A stretch of DNA of 36,611 nt from a virus (IMGVR_UViG_3300037046_000323:1-36611); one strand, 5' to 3'; numbered from the stretch's first letter, positions 17,525-27,602 are shown. Numbers and translations are program-made. Notes: a model not told the origin generated them from the letters alone.

Positions 17525-19231
17525 ATGATCATTGCCATTATTCTGATTAGTGTAAGTTTAATTCTGATTATCATTGAGATCAAAGCATTTTTTAAAAGAC
17601 GACAACTTAATTATGCCATCCAATTTGTAACAGAGAGTAACCCCTCAAACAAAATAAAATCAACGTTTATAGAAGCTTCATTATTATCAATTGGCTCATC
17701 AACAACAAATCTGTATGATATCTATGCGGCGTGCGATAATCATAGTGATGTATTAAATGTACTTGAATACAGATATAATAATATTATGGGTGATGCTTCC
17801 CCATTAGATTGGTATAGTAAGATAGAGCTATTAAAGGATCGTGGTACTAAATCGATTGATTCTTACATAAAAGGTTACACTGGTCAGCAAGGCGAATTTG
17901 ATGCTAAACAGTTTTTAGATAACCAAGGACAAAATTCCAGTTTATTTGAAAATAGATCCCATCCTGACGATGACTTATTCACAATAGATCACAATGGTGA
18001 TACGATAGAATACTCGGTTAAATCTTTCAAAAATCAATCAAACTTTTTGCACGTAGTATCACAACATCCTGATTCTCATAATTATATTATCAATCATGAA
18101 TTATATGATAAACTTCACGAATCGGGTGCATTAGACACATTGAATGAACAAGGAATCGATGTTATTGATGGTGGATTTTCTCATGATGATGCTTGGAATG
18201 CTGCAGAGAATGCTTTTGATGATATTAAATCAGCAGGAGATCTATCTAATAATATACCCTATATAGCCCTTGCGTTATTTGGGTTTAGAACTGTAAGAAA
18301 CATAAAAAAATACAGTACTGGGAAACAAAGCGGATTTGAGACGCGTGTTGATATCGGATTGGATGCAGTAAGAATTGGGACATCTGGAGTTTTAGCTGTA
18401 GCGGGAGCTAAAGTAGGTGCAGCTATAGGTACTGGACTTGCTCCGGGCGTTGGAACTTTGGTTGGTGGTGGTATTGGAATTATTGTTGGCGCAATAGTGG
18501 GATCAAGCCTTATAAACTATCTAAAAGAAAAATTTAAGTGGGGAGATATTATAGAAGCTATTGATTATGTCGGTGATAGGATATTTGCTGGGTACTATAA
18601 TATTCCACTGATTATTAAGTCTTTCTATCGAAAAATGTATGACTTTGAATATGCCCTAGAAGCTGAAACCCAATTAATGCTAAGGTATCAATCGGAGTTA
18701 AATCCGTACAACAGTACGAAAGTAACGGTTAATTCTGCATTAACATATGTTCATACGAAAGTGTTAAAATCAATACAAAAGCAAATTAGCAAAGCTGGCT
18801 GTCAGTTTGAACGTGATATTAGAGCCCTTTGCTGGCAAGCTGCTATGAAGATGTCTAACAACGATACTTCAAAAAGTCGTAAAATTCAAAAGAGACTTAT
18901 TGGAGAATTGATATGTGCTAATAGTGATATATTTTCTGATGTTTTTAAGACGGATTCTTCTGCTTCACAATACCTATATAATTATAATCAGCAAATAAAA
19001 TCATCTCCAAATCATCCCTACAGGTTCAACCATGACTCTAAAGCTGTTATACAAAGCATTATAATAAAAGCTGCTGATGACAATAAGAAACTTCGTAAAA
19101 TCAGCATTCCTATGGTAAACATACCATTGTTAATCCTTATTACGATAATTCTAACAACCGGAATACTCTATATTCTATCTATGTATAATCTGGTAAACAT
19201 AAATATATTAAGAGATTTGCTACCTAAGTAG
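17525..19231 (+). CDS. Membrane protein with N- and C-terminal TM helices and internal glycine zipper
   Basis: Hydrophobic termini; GAKVGAAIGTGLAPGVGTLVGGGIGIIVGAIVG. Confidence 0.75.
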   Translation: MIIAIILISVSLILIIIEIKAFFKRRQLNYAIQFVTESNPSNKIKSTFIEASLLSIGSSTTNLYDIYAACDNHSDVLNVLEYRYNNIMGDASPLDWYSKIELLKDRGTKSIDSYIKGYTGQQGEFDAKQFLDNQGQNSSLFENRSHPDDDLFTIDHNGDTIEYSVKSFKNQSNFLHVVSQHPDSHNYIINHELYDKLHESGALDTLNEQGIDVIDGGFSHDDAWNAAENAFDDIKSAGDLSNNIPYIALALFGFRTVRNIKKYSTGKQSGFETRVDIGLDAVRIGTSGVLAVAGAKVGAAIGTGLAPGVGTLVGGGIGIIVGAIVGSSLINYLKEKFKWGDIIEAIDYVGDRIFAGYYNIPLIIKSFYRKMYDFEYALEAETQLMLRYQSELNPYNSTKVTVNSALTYVHTKVLKSIQKQISKAGCQFERDIRALCWQAAMKMSNNDTSKSRKIQKRLIGELICANSDIFSDVFKTDSSASQYLYNYNQQIKSSPNHPYRFNHDSKAVIQSIIIKAADDNKKLRKISIPMVNIPLLILITIILTTGILYILSMYNLVNINILRDLLPK

Positions 19232-19319
19232 ATCTTCTATTTGTTGGATATAGTTGTAATGGGACATTGTAAACACCTCTGTTTTCCTAAGATTTCAGTG
19301 CAATTTTATAGGATTTTAT

Positions 19320-20999
19320 ATGCAAAGAATACCTAACCCGGTATCTGATCTAAGTATTTTCATACGTGTATTTATTGATGTCTATAATGTACTTCATGGA
19401 TGTTCTGAATTTGGATTAGATGATATCTCAAGAGCCATGGTCGCAACTAACAATGTCACTTCTCAGGGTGCTTTAGGTATTGAAGCCCTTACAAGATCTA
19501 CTCGTGTTGATAGAAGTAGAGATCCAATTTATAATCAGTCGAAAATGTACGCTGAATTATTCCGCACATTAGGATGGATTCAGTCAACTTCAAGTAAGTT
19601 AAAATATTCTTTTTCATTGCTTGGCGATCATGTAGTATCCGCTCAGAATCCTAAACAATTAATGATAGAGTGTCTATTAGGTATTGCATACCCCAATGAA
19701 GTACTGGGTGTTCGAAGTGAGCAAACCGTTAGAGTAATCGGTGGTATTCTGTTAACGATGGATGCCTTGGGGAGCATTAGCCGAGATGAGATGATGGCTG
19801 GTCCGATGAGCATATCGAATGATAAAGATGAAAATCTTGTTTTAGCTATGCTGAATAAAGTTAAGGAGGCAAGAGAAAATAAAGGAATGCTTGATGATAT
19901 TATTGATAAAATAGCTATATCTAGAGGAATAACTCGACACCCAACAATGGAAAATTATACACGTTTCCCAGTTGCAGCTATACCCTGGGCAGGATGGGGT
20001 GTGAAATATGGTCGTAGTCAGATTCATATAACTGAAGAAGGAAAGGCTATGTCCGCGATCCTTAAAGCTGGTTACGACTTTAGAGTTTCAGATTTCTATG
20101 AATTGCCCGATAGTATAAAACCATCATTCATTAGATGTTCGTTCTATCGGATGCTTGAAAGAAGTGGGTTTTTGATAGATCCCGTTAGAGAAATTATTAC
20201 TGTAGATGAGCTTAGATTAACTGAATTCGGTATAGATTGCTCAAGAGTTATTTTTTTCTCTCCATTTCAGCAACTTTCAAGGGAAACAATAGAAAAATTC
20301 GTTCCTGAATTAGTTGCACCCATAGAATCTAATTCAGAAAGACAAGCTGAATCGCTTGTCGAAGAGATGGGGGGTGGCGTTTTAAGATTGCTAAGCGAGA
20401 AACTATTAAAATACGAAACTACTTCACAAAGAATAGACCATTATGATAATTTACAAGAGCTATACAGTAGAATCGCTGATGCAATAAGCACTGCCGAAAA
20501 TCAGGATGAAGCTGTAGACAAACTATATAAACACTATCGAACTTCTAATAAAGAAACTTTTTATCCACTTGTCTCAAACTTATTTCGCATTCTGAGCTAT
20601 GAATGTCGAGTATCTCGTATGGGGCAAAATTACGAAAGAGCTGATGCAATAATTATTGATGATAGTAATAGCATACCCATTGAGATAAAGTCGCCAGGTG
20701 AAGAAAACGAAATATCGGTTAAAGGGGTTCGGCAAGCACTAGAGAATAAAATTGTTCTTTTATCGAGGAAAAACTACCCTACAACATGGGAGACAACTAC
20801 TCTTGTTGTTGGGTACAACCCTCCTAATGTTCGTTCTGAAGTACATGAACTTATTGCTGACATTAAAAATACTTACGGTATAAGTGTTGGTGTGATTGAT
20901 TTTAAATCACTACTTTCATTAGTTCTAACTGTTATCGTTAGTGGAAAAAAAATTGTAATCCATGATTTTAACCATATTGAAGGGGTATTTCGTGTATAA
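19320..20999 (+). CDS. Putative restriction endonuclease large subunit (C-terminal PD-(D/E)xK)
   Basis: RADAIIIDDSNSIPIEIKSP; clustered with two methyltransferases. Confidence 0.72.
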   Translation: MQRIPNPVSDLSIFIRVFIDVYNVLHGCSEFGLDDISRAMVATNNVTSQGALGIEALTRSTRVDRSRDPIYNQSKMYAELFRTLGWIQSTSSKLKYSFSLLGDHVVSAQNPKQLMIECLLGIAYPNEVLGVRSEQTVRVIGGILLTMDALGSISRDEMMAGPMSISNDKDENLVLAMLNKVKEARENKGMLDDIIDKIAISRGITRHPTMENYTRFPVAAIPWAGWGVKYGRSQIHITEEGKAMSAILKAGYDFRVSDFYELPDSIKPSFIRCSFYRMLERSGFLIDPVREIITVDELRLTEFGIDCSRVIFFSPFQQLSRETIEKFVPELVAPIESNSERQAESLVEEMGGGVLRLLSEKLLKYETTSQRIDHYDNLQELYSRIADAISTAENQDEAVDKLYKHYRTSNKETFYPLVSNLFRILSYECRVSRMGQNYERADAIIIDDSNSIPIEIKSPGEENEISVKGVRQALENKIVLLSRKNYPTTWETTTLVVGYNPPNVRSEVHELIADIKNTYGISVGVIDFKSLLSLVLTVIVSGKKIVIHDFNHIEGVFRV

Positions 21000-22065
21000 T
21001 TTTGATAATCAAAAACCTCAGACTATCACATCAAAAAAACTAAATAGAGGATGGATTCCAATAAGTTTACAATTTAACCCAGGTCAACCGACACTAGTAT
21101 CATTCAATAATGGGTGCACAACTGATAGCATGTGTATAAACTGCCATAATCCACCTTGTGCGAAATTTCGTATCGAAGAAATTACTCCAGTAAATCTTGA
21201 GGCTTTTCCTGCTGACAAAAACTATGATGTGTGTGCCTGTGGAGCTATATCAACATCAGTAGACGGCATGGCAGTTAGCATTGATAATAATTTATGCGTT
21301 CTATGTGGAGTATGTTCCTCTCGTTGTCCAATGGGTGCTATTTATCTTATCCCAAATTATGGGGCAGTAGTTAATCGTACCCCGAATGAAGCATTTATCG
21401 ACTCAAGCAGTATAGATATTGAATATCAAAAACTCGTATTTGATAGCTTTGAAAAACTACCTTTTTCGGGTTCATCTATGGTAGAAACGGATGATATTGT
21501 TATTTTTTGTTTCGACCGGATGGAGAAAATCTGGACTGTTGTCGGTGATCGATTCCCAAATTTTTTTTCTCGAAATCTTCTTATAGGATCAGGAATTGGA
21601 TCATCTATAGGACGAAAGGGCAATAACCATATGAGAATGGATATCATTCTTTCATTTATGGACAATGGTAACGGAATAGCTGAGGTGGAATTCGGTCAAG
21701 AAAGTATTCTAAACGCTCCACGAGATATTTTAGATTCTCTGGCGGTGATGACATCAAGGTACAATTGGGTTAAAAATGACACAAAGGCAATTATCGTGTC
21801 CGATGTTTTACCTAATAAAAGATCTGAGTATTGGCGTATCATTCAAGACATCAGTAATATCGTAGATGTAAAAATATCTACTATCACTATTTTTACGTTA
21901 ATGATATTGAATTGGTTTCGAATTAAAATCTCTGAGCATGAAATAGATTTGTTATATGCTGATGTAAACACGAAATCCTATAGAAAGGAAATTCTTCAAC
22001 CGTTATTAGGTCGGGAGCTTAATCTATGTTCTGATCCTAACGCACACATAGATATATCTAAGTAA
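20992..22065 (+). CDS. 4Fe-4S dicluster protein with C-terminal PD-(D/E)xK-like domain; putative second nuclease subunit
   Basis: CINCHNPPC, CACGAI, CVLCGVCSSRCPMGAI; RMDII...AEVE; GTG 20992 with RBS GAAGGGG overlapping upstream stop (ORF track start 20962). Confidence 0.72.
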   Translation: MYNFDNQKPQTITSKKLNRGWIPISLQFNPGQPTLVSFNNGCTTDSMCINCHNPPCAKFRIEEITPVNLEAFPADKNYDVCACGAISTSVDGMAVSIDNNLCVLCGVCSSRCPMGAIYLIPNYGAVVNRTPNEAFIDSSSIDIEYQKLVFDSFEKLPFSGSSMVETDDIVIFCFDRMEKIWTVVGDRFPNFFSRNLLIGSGIGSSIGRKGNNHMRMDIILSFMDNGNGIAEVEFGQESILNAPRDILDSLAVMTSRYNWVKNDTKAIIVSDVLPNKRSEYWRIIQDISNIVDVKISTITIFTLMILNWFRIKISEHEIDLLYADVNTKSYRKEILQPLLGRELNLCSDPNAHIDISK

Positions 22066-22083
22066 ATATGTACTTCACTCTTA

Positions 22084-22848
22084 CTATGTAAGCAATATCT
22101 GAGCATTTTGTAATCGATTTAGTGCTATATTGTAATAGTCTTTGTTGATTTCTGCGCCAATATAATCACGACCCAACTGAAAAGCAGCTAAACACTCTGT
22201 GCCAGAACCAACAAATGGAACAAGAACAGTATCTCCTGTTTGTGAGAAATGTTCAATAATCCTATATGTTATTGACAGAGGCTTTTGTGTTGGATGTGCA
22301 ACTCTTTCATTCGCAAACCTTTTACCAGAAAGAGTTGGGAAGTTCCAAACATCTCCAGCTTGTTTTCCTTCAGGGTGAGGTGTCCATGTCTTTCCATTTT
22401 TAGTTATTTTGTGCTTGAGTCTTTCAGTACTTTTATATGGTTCCCTAATGGTAAGATAATAAGAACTAGGTGATTTCGAAAACCATAATAGTGGCTCGTA
22501 ATGGCAAGCAGGGCCATTTTTGTATCTTGACCATCCATTTTCGTAGAACCAAATTATTTGCCTTCTATACTCAAAACCTAATTCTAACATTAAACATTGT
22601 AAATAGCATACATTATGATGTATAGCATATACAAAGATATTCCCTTGCTCATGAAGAACTCTTTTTGCTTCGCTAAGCCACACACGCGACCAATTAACCC
22701 AAGTTTCATTATCTGTAAAAATGGTACCAGGACCAAAATCCTTGTCTATGTTATATGGGGGGTCTGCAACAATGAGGTTAACACTGTTGTTCGGTATTGA
22801 CTTCATGAATTCTACTGTATCACCAAAATGAATATGATTGAGTTCCAC
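22084..22848 (-). CDS. Amino (N6-A/N4-C) DNA methyltransferase, beta class
   Basis: ADPPY before HPTQKP and PFVGSGT. Confidence 0.92.
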   Translation of the reverse strand: MELNHIHFGDTVEFMKSIPNNSVNLIVADPPYNIDKDFGPGTIFTDNETWVNWSRVWLSEAKRVLHEQGNIFVYAIHHNVCYLQCLMLELGFEYRRQIIWFYENGWSRYKNGPACHYEPLLWFSKSPSSYYLTIREPYKSTERLKHKITKNGKTWTPHPEGKQAGDVWNFPTLSGKRFANERVAHPTQKPLSITYRIIEHFSQTGDTVLVPFVGSGTECLAAFQLGRDYIGAEINKDYYNIALNRLQNAQILLT

Positions 22849-22850
22849 CT

Positions 22851-23702
22851 CTAACCTACCTTTTTTAAGATAAGAATATATTGATGATGAAGATTAGGAA
22901 CGAAAGAGTACGGGTAACCATATGGAAATATTCGTTTATGCCTCTGATATAAAATCGTAATTCCCTTCAATTGGAATCCACGCTTTTCCATTTCATTTGC
23001 TAAATCCGAATGAAACATATAATACTTTGATTTATCTCGAAAATCTCCTACTACTAGACACATGTGACCATTGGGGACAATAACTCTATGGCATAATGCC
23101 AATATGTCTGAAAGACTGTCCAAAAAAACACTATAATCTTTGATGTTTCCAAGATCATATATGTCATCACTATATCGCGTATCAAGACCAAGTGATGTTC
23201 TTTCCTGTGTGGCTTTATGGTCTTCTTTATGAAGTATATTCCAATATGGTGGACTGGTTAATACTAACTTAACAGAATTACTGTCAAGGGTTGGTATGAT
23301 TTTTCCTGAATCACCTTGGATAACTATTTGATCACTACAAAAGTAAATATCTGATTCAATTTCGGACTCCAATCTTGTTTTTGTCAATTCTACATACCTG
23401 GGATTAAGCTCAATACCAATACCTTTTCTACCTTCAATCGCAGCAGCTTTTAATGTTGATCCAATTCCTACAAATGGGTCTAATACCGTTTCTCCGGATT
23501 TGGTAAAGAATCTGATTAAACGTGCTACGTCTTGGTATGAAAATGGTGCCGGATGCTCTTTTTCAATTTTTGTATCCTTATGGTTTTTCCCCAGCCCTTT
23601 CTGTGTCCACACTGAAACAGTCTCTTGTATCCATTCTTTAGCAGTCAGATCATTGAGTAAATTTACAGTAACTCTAGGTTTCTTTGTCTCGGATTCATTC
23701 AT
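22851..23702 (-). CDS. Amino DNA methyltransferase, probably N4-cytosine (SPPY), SAM motif first
   Basis: HPAPF, DPFVGIGST, then TSPPY. Confidence 0.9.
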   Translation of the reverse strand: MNESETKKPRVTVNLLNDLTAKEWIQETVSVWTQKGLGKNHKDTKIEKEHPAPFSYQDVARLIRFFTKSGETVLDPFVGIGSTLKAAAIEGRKGIGIELNPRYVELTKTRLESEIESDIYFCSDQIVIQGDSGKIIPTLDSNSVKLVLTSPPYWNILHKEDHKATQERTSLGLDTRYSDDIYDLGNIKDYSVFLDSLSDILALCHRVIVPNGHMCLVVGDFRDKSKYYMFHSDLANEMEKRGFQLKGITILYQRHKRIFPYGYPYSFVPNLHHQYILILKKVG

Positions 23703-23715
23703 TTTTTCATTCCCA

Positions 23716-23955
23716 TTATTGTCCTAATTTGGTAGGCTTTTTAAAATCTCCTGCTCTGCAATTATCAGTTAACCATTTATCTATTTCTTCTCGATCAAAC
23801 CGCCATTGAGAGCCAACTTTGAAAGCGGGAATTATAGAATCTTGAGCCATTCTATAAAGTTTAGTTCTCCCAATTTTAATATAACTTGAGAGTTCTTCAA
23901 GAGTTAGCCATTTTTCCATATCCATATTCAAACCTCGGATTTTATATGATAGCAT
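23716..23955 (-). CDS. Excisionase-type HTH protein, putative R-M controller
   Basis: WLTLEELSSYIKIGRTKLYRMAQ...IPAFKVGSQWRF; true start probably the MDMEK Met. Confidence 0.85.
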   Translation of the reverse strand: MLSYKIRGLNMDMEKWLTLEELSSYIKIGRTKLYRMAQDSIIPAFKVGSQWRFDREEIDKWLTDNCRAGDFKKPTKLGQ

Positions 23956-24215
23956 AAGATACTAAATGATAGATTTTGTCAAGTATGATTTACCGCATAC
24001 TCAATTAATCTCTTGACTAATAAAGCAACTCGGTGGGGAAGTAATAACTAGCGTAGAAGATTAATATTGAAAGAGTAGTCATGAGAGTATGGCTAAATCT
24101 AGGATTTTATATTAAGGCAAAGGAGATAGTTATACTTAAAAAACTGGTGCTGGACAAATATAACATTGTTTCTACCATATAATTGAGATTCTAACAAAAA
24201 AACAGAATATGAGGT

Positions 24216-25103
24216 TTGAATATGGTTATCGATATTGAAACTAATGTAATCGATTATGTTAAGAATTACTTATCATCACAAGGATTTAGTGGATTTAATA
24301 CACTGAAAAACCATGAGATTCTTGTTTGCATGTTCAATTATCATGAGAGACTAATCTCTCCCCAAAAGAGGACAATACTAAAGAGTGATGTTTTCACTTG
24401 TGATCCTACTTTAATACACCAATTGCAGTACTTAGAGAATAAAATAACCTCTGGAATAGATATAAAACCTCACACAAGTGATAAAATTCTAAACTTAAAA
24501 TATTTTGACCATATGCTTAGTGATTGGGGTGTTTTTCATCTACATTTAGGAATTAATCCCGACCCAAGAAAACCAGGATTTGTTCAGCGGACTGGACCTT
24601 TGCTTTTTGCTCGTTTTGATGAATCAAAAGCATATTTTATCAACGTAATGAGGCATGGAGATTGGGAATGTAGGGATATTGTCGAGGTAATTCATAGAAA
24701 CTGGCCTACTACTATAGCTACAAAGAAGCTTGATTATGTAGTGGATATCTCATTAAATCCTTCTGATTCAGAGATAAAAAAGCTACGTAAAGCTAATGCA
24801 AATTACATGTTAAAATTAAATGATGGTAGCATATACGCACCAATCGCATTGGGCTATACTTTAGGTGGTAATTCTGTTACTTCAACTATGAGAACAATAA
24901 GCGTAAAAAGAAATATACGAGATCTACAAAAAAAGTTAGTAGAGGATTCACCTAAGATAGTAAAAAAGCATTTTCCTGAATACAATGGAGATTTCAAAGT
25001 CGTATTAGATATATTTGCTAATTCTTATTCCATTTTTTTTAATGGCAATGAAATCAAAGTGCCATTTGATAAAAGCGTTCACGACAATTTGTTTAATACC
25101 TAG
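24216..25103 (+). CDS. Hypothetical moron protein
   Basis: 295-aa AT-rich ORF; DWGVFHLHLG...RTGPLLF motif; convergent with gpF. Confidence 0.8.
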   Translation: MNMVIDIETNVIDYVKNYLSSQGFSGFNTLKNHEILVCMFNYHERLISPQKRTILKSDVFTCDPTLIHQLQYLENKITSGIDIKPHTSDKILNLKYFDHMLSDWGVFHLHLGINPDPRKPGFVQRTGPLLFARFDESKAYFINVMRHGDWECRDIVEVIHRNWPTTIATKKLDYVVDISLNPSDSEIKKLRKANANYMLKLNDGSIYAPIALGYTLGGNSVTSTMRTISVKRNIRDLQKKLVEDSPKIVKKHFPEYNGDFKVVLDIFANSYSIFFNGNEIKVPFDKSVHDNLFNT

Positions 25104-25108
25104 ATTTA

Positions 25109-25987
25109 TCATATCAACATCTCAGTACAAGTTCTGCACTTCCAATGAAAGGGTGGGAAGGGGGTATGTGCTCCCGAAACACCAATAGGTTCATCACTGC
25201 TGTTATAGACTATTTGATCATTACTCGCCCACGGTGCCATGGCTTTGATATATTCTCTGGCATCATCCAAACTATTAGACTTGGTATCCAATGCCATCAG
25301 GTTATCCATCACTTCCATCGCATCATTTAAGGGATAGATCTTGTCTTGGGCTGCCAAAGCTCGGCAGATGTCACTGGTACGCTCATCCAGGATAACTACA
25401 AGCTTATAGTACTTAGCTTGGGCTTTCTTATATCCCTGCAGTCTGCCGAATTCCCTTATTCTTAAGGCTGTATGCTCTGCCAATCCCTGCCAGTATGCCT
25501 GGGACTTTTCTGCAATATCGGAAAATTGCTGTTTTAGGGTTTCTGTAAGCATTTCTTTGGTATAACCTTGGTCTATGGCTTGGGATAGCACGTCTGCGAA
25601 GTTCTGTCGGATATCAGCTTCAAAATGGTTACCAAGCCAAAACATCTGCTGTTTCTGAATGGTGGATGTCAGATGCTGATCTTCAATGCCCCAGAGCCCT
25701 ACTGATATCTTAACCGGTGCCTGAACTTGAGTATCTCTGAGTCCTAACCTGACACAACGATCGATATAGGCTTGGGATGGTTCATTGACCTGAGCTGCGA
25801 AGTCGTCTCCGAGTTGGGTGTTGATGATGTCCATCATCTTATCTATCTGTATCTTGTTTAACTTTTCTGTTCTTGGCATATCACTCAGCATCTGGATAGC
25901 TAACCTGGCAGCATCCCTGACTTCGGTCTTCCAAGCATTATTCAACACCCGGTAATATTCAAGCATAACCTGGTCATAGTAGTTCAT
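25109..25987 (-). CDS. Head morphogenesis protein (Mu gpF / SPP1 gp7-like)
   Basis: DERTSDICR and PPFHWKCRT motifs. Confidence 0.88.
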   Translation of the reverse strand: MNYYDQVMLEYYRVLNNAWKTEVRDAARLAIQMLSDMPRTEKLNKIQIDKMMDIINTQLGDDFAAQVNEPSQAYIDRCVRLGLRDTQVQAPVKISVGLWGIEDQHLTSTIQKQQMFWLGNHFEADIRQNFADVLSQAIDQGYTKEMLTETLKQQFSDIAEKSQAYWQGLAEHTALRIREFGRLQGYKKAQAKYYKLVVILDERTSDICRALAAQDKIYPLNDAMEVMDNLMALDTKSNSLDDAREYIKAMAPWASNDQIVYNSSDEPIGVSGAHTPFPPFHWKCRTCTEMLI

Positions 25988-27540
25988 CTAAAGCTAAATC
26001 TCCTGACCCTGACTCTGTTCCTGCCAATGTCATACTCAGAGAAACGTTCCAGACACCCGGCTAATGCATCACAGCCATCGATATAACCATCGGGATAGGT
26101 CAGGAACTGACTGATCAGGGTGGGGGTATCCTGCCCGTCCGGGAAGAGTATCTTAGCAGTTTCTATAAGCGTCTCTGTCCGCTCTATTCTCAGGTTCTTG
26201 TTTTCCTTGTTATCGATGCGCTTGATCCTGTGAGATATGGGTGGCAGATGGTTATCGGTAGCCCACCTGTCAAAGTCGGCTAAGATGCGACCTTGTCCAT
26301 AGGTGGTCTCGACTGATGCCCGGAACTTGGCTTTATAGGTTCTGTCCAACTCCTGATAGGTATCATAGTAATACCTGAAGAACTTGGTATTCTCAGTCTG
26401 ACGTATCCAGACATGGAGAACGTAAAATTTATTACCATCATAGCCGATGGCGATGATTGCCTTGAAACAGCCTTTCTCGCCCCAAGCCGGGTCAGCATAA
26501 AGCCAGACCCGCTTAATTTGAGTTGGAATAGGTAGTGTTCTATACCTGGTAAACCAATGGTGCTTAAAGATATTACCTTCAATGACCGGCTGTCCCAACA
26601 TCTCTCTTTGATAACCTGTATTGCCGAACTTAGATCGAAGGTTCTGTAAGGTAGTAGTAGGATATTGCTCTTCCCAGGTTGATGTACCGTCAGGGTTCTC
26701 CAAAGAAAAGCGCAAAATTGCTTTTTGGTGGGTCTTCAGAACAGATACGACATTGGAGTCGACTTCCGGGTGTTCTGCCTTTATTTCGTCTATTATGAGG
26801 TTCAGGAACTGGCAGATGGCATAATTGGGATGTACCAGGTTACCCAGCCAGATCACTTTACCCGGTTGTCCCGGGTCCAAGGCACCGGCAAGCTCCTGGG
26901 TAATCTTCTCCATCCTGCGCTTTCCAATGGACTGGTTGCCCATGTTCTCTTCTTTATCGATATCGTCACAGATCAGCAGTCCGGGTCGCTTGGCTGTCTT
27001 GGGATTGATGGTTCCCCGGTGGGACTGTTTAATGCTCCTGGCTCGGATGCGGGTCTTGTTCTTGAGATAGAAATCCAGATCGAAAGTATCGACCGGCTGC
27101 AGCTCTGGAAAGTCACCTAAAAGCCTGCGGTTGTTAATCAGCTCATGCAGGGTAAAGGCGGTGCGTTCCTCTGCCAGATCGACATCTGCTGCCGTATGGA
27201 TTATATAGCGTTCACCCTTGATAATCTTCCAAATGGGATAGACCACACCCATGAGTACTGTTTTACCCAACCCACGAAAACCGGTGATGGCGATGATGCC
27301 TGTGCTCTTATCAGTTTCATCAAACATCGTCTCGTGGGCTGGGCAGAAAGGTAAGGTAAAGACATGGGGAAAATAGGTTCGGGAAAAGAAAGAAAAGGAG
27401 TCCCAGCCTTCGCCCTTGGTTCTGGCGATCCGCTCTTCCTTGGCTTCGGGGTTATCGTCTATAAATGGCAAAACGGAGATCGTTTTTGAGGCGATCTCCG
27501 TCAGTGCCTTGTTATGCCTTTGAATAAACTTCTTAGGCAT
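25984..27540 (-). CDS. Terminase large subunit
   Basis: GFRGLGKT Walker A, LLICDD Walker B, YADPA and DGCDAL nuclease motifs. Confidence 0.9.
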   Translation of the reverse strand: MPKKFIQRHNKALTEIASKTISVLPFIDDNPEAKEERIARTKGEGWDSFSFFSRTYFPHVFTLPFCPAHETMFDETDKSTGIIAITGFRGLGKTVLMGVVYPIWKIIKGERYIIHTAADVDLAEERTAFTLHELINNRRLLGDFPELQPVDTFDLDFYLKNKTRIRARSIKQSHRGTINPKTAKRPGLLICDDIDKEENMGNQSIGKRRMEKITQELAGALDPGQPGKVIWLGNLVHPNYAICQFLNLIIDEIKAEHPEVDSNVVSVLKTHQKAILRFSLENPDGTSTWEEQYPTTTLQNLRSKFGNTGYQREMLGQPVIEGNIFKHHWFTRYRTLPIPTQIKRVWLYADPAWGEKGCFKAIIAIGYDGNKFYVLHVWIRQTENTKFFRYYYDTYQELDRTYKAKFRASVETTYGQGRILADFDRWATDNHLPPISHRIKRIDNKENKNLRIERTETLIETAKILFPDGQDTPTLISQFLTYPDGYIDGCDALAGCLERFSEYDIGRNRVRVRRFSFR

Positions 27541-27602
27541 AACGTTGGTCAGGGGACATGGGAGGACTTGGGGTTTTGGGGTAGCGTTGGGCTGTCATGT
27601 TA

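Noticed and set aside
23716-23955. Excisionase of a separate integrative element
   Set aside because: No integrase or att repeats seen around the cargo; co-orientation with the methylases fits a regulator.
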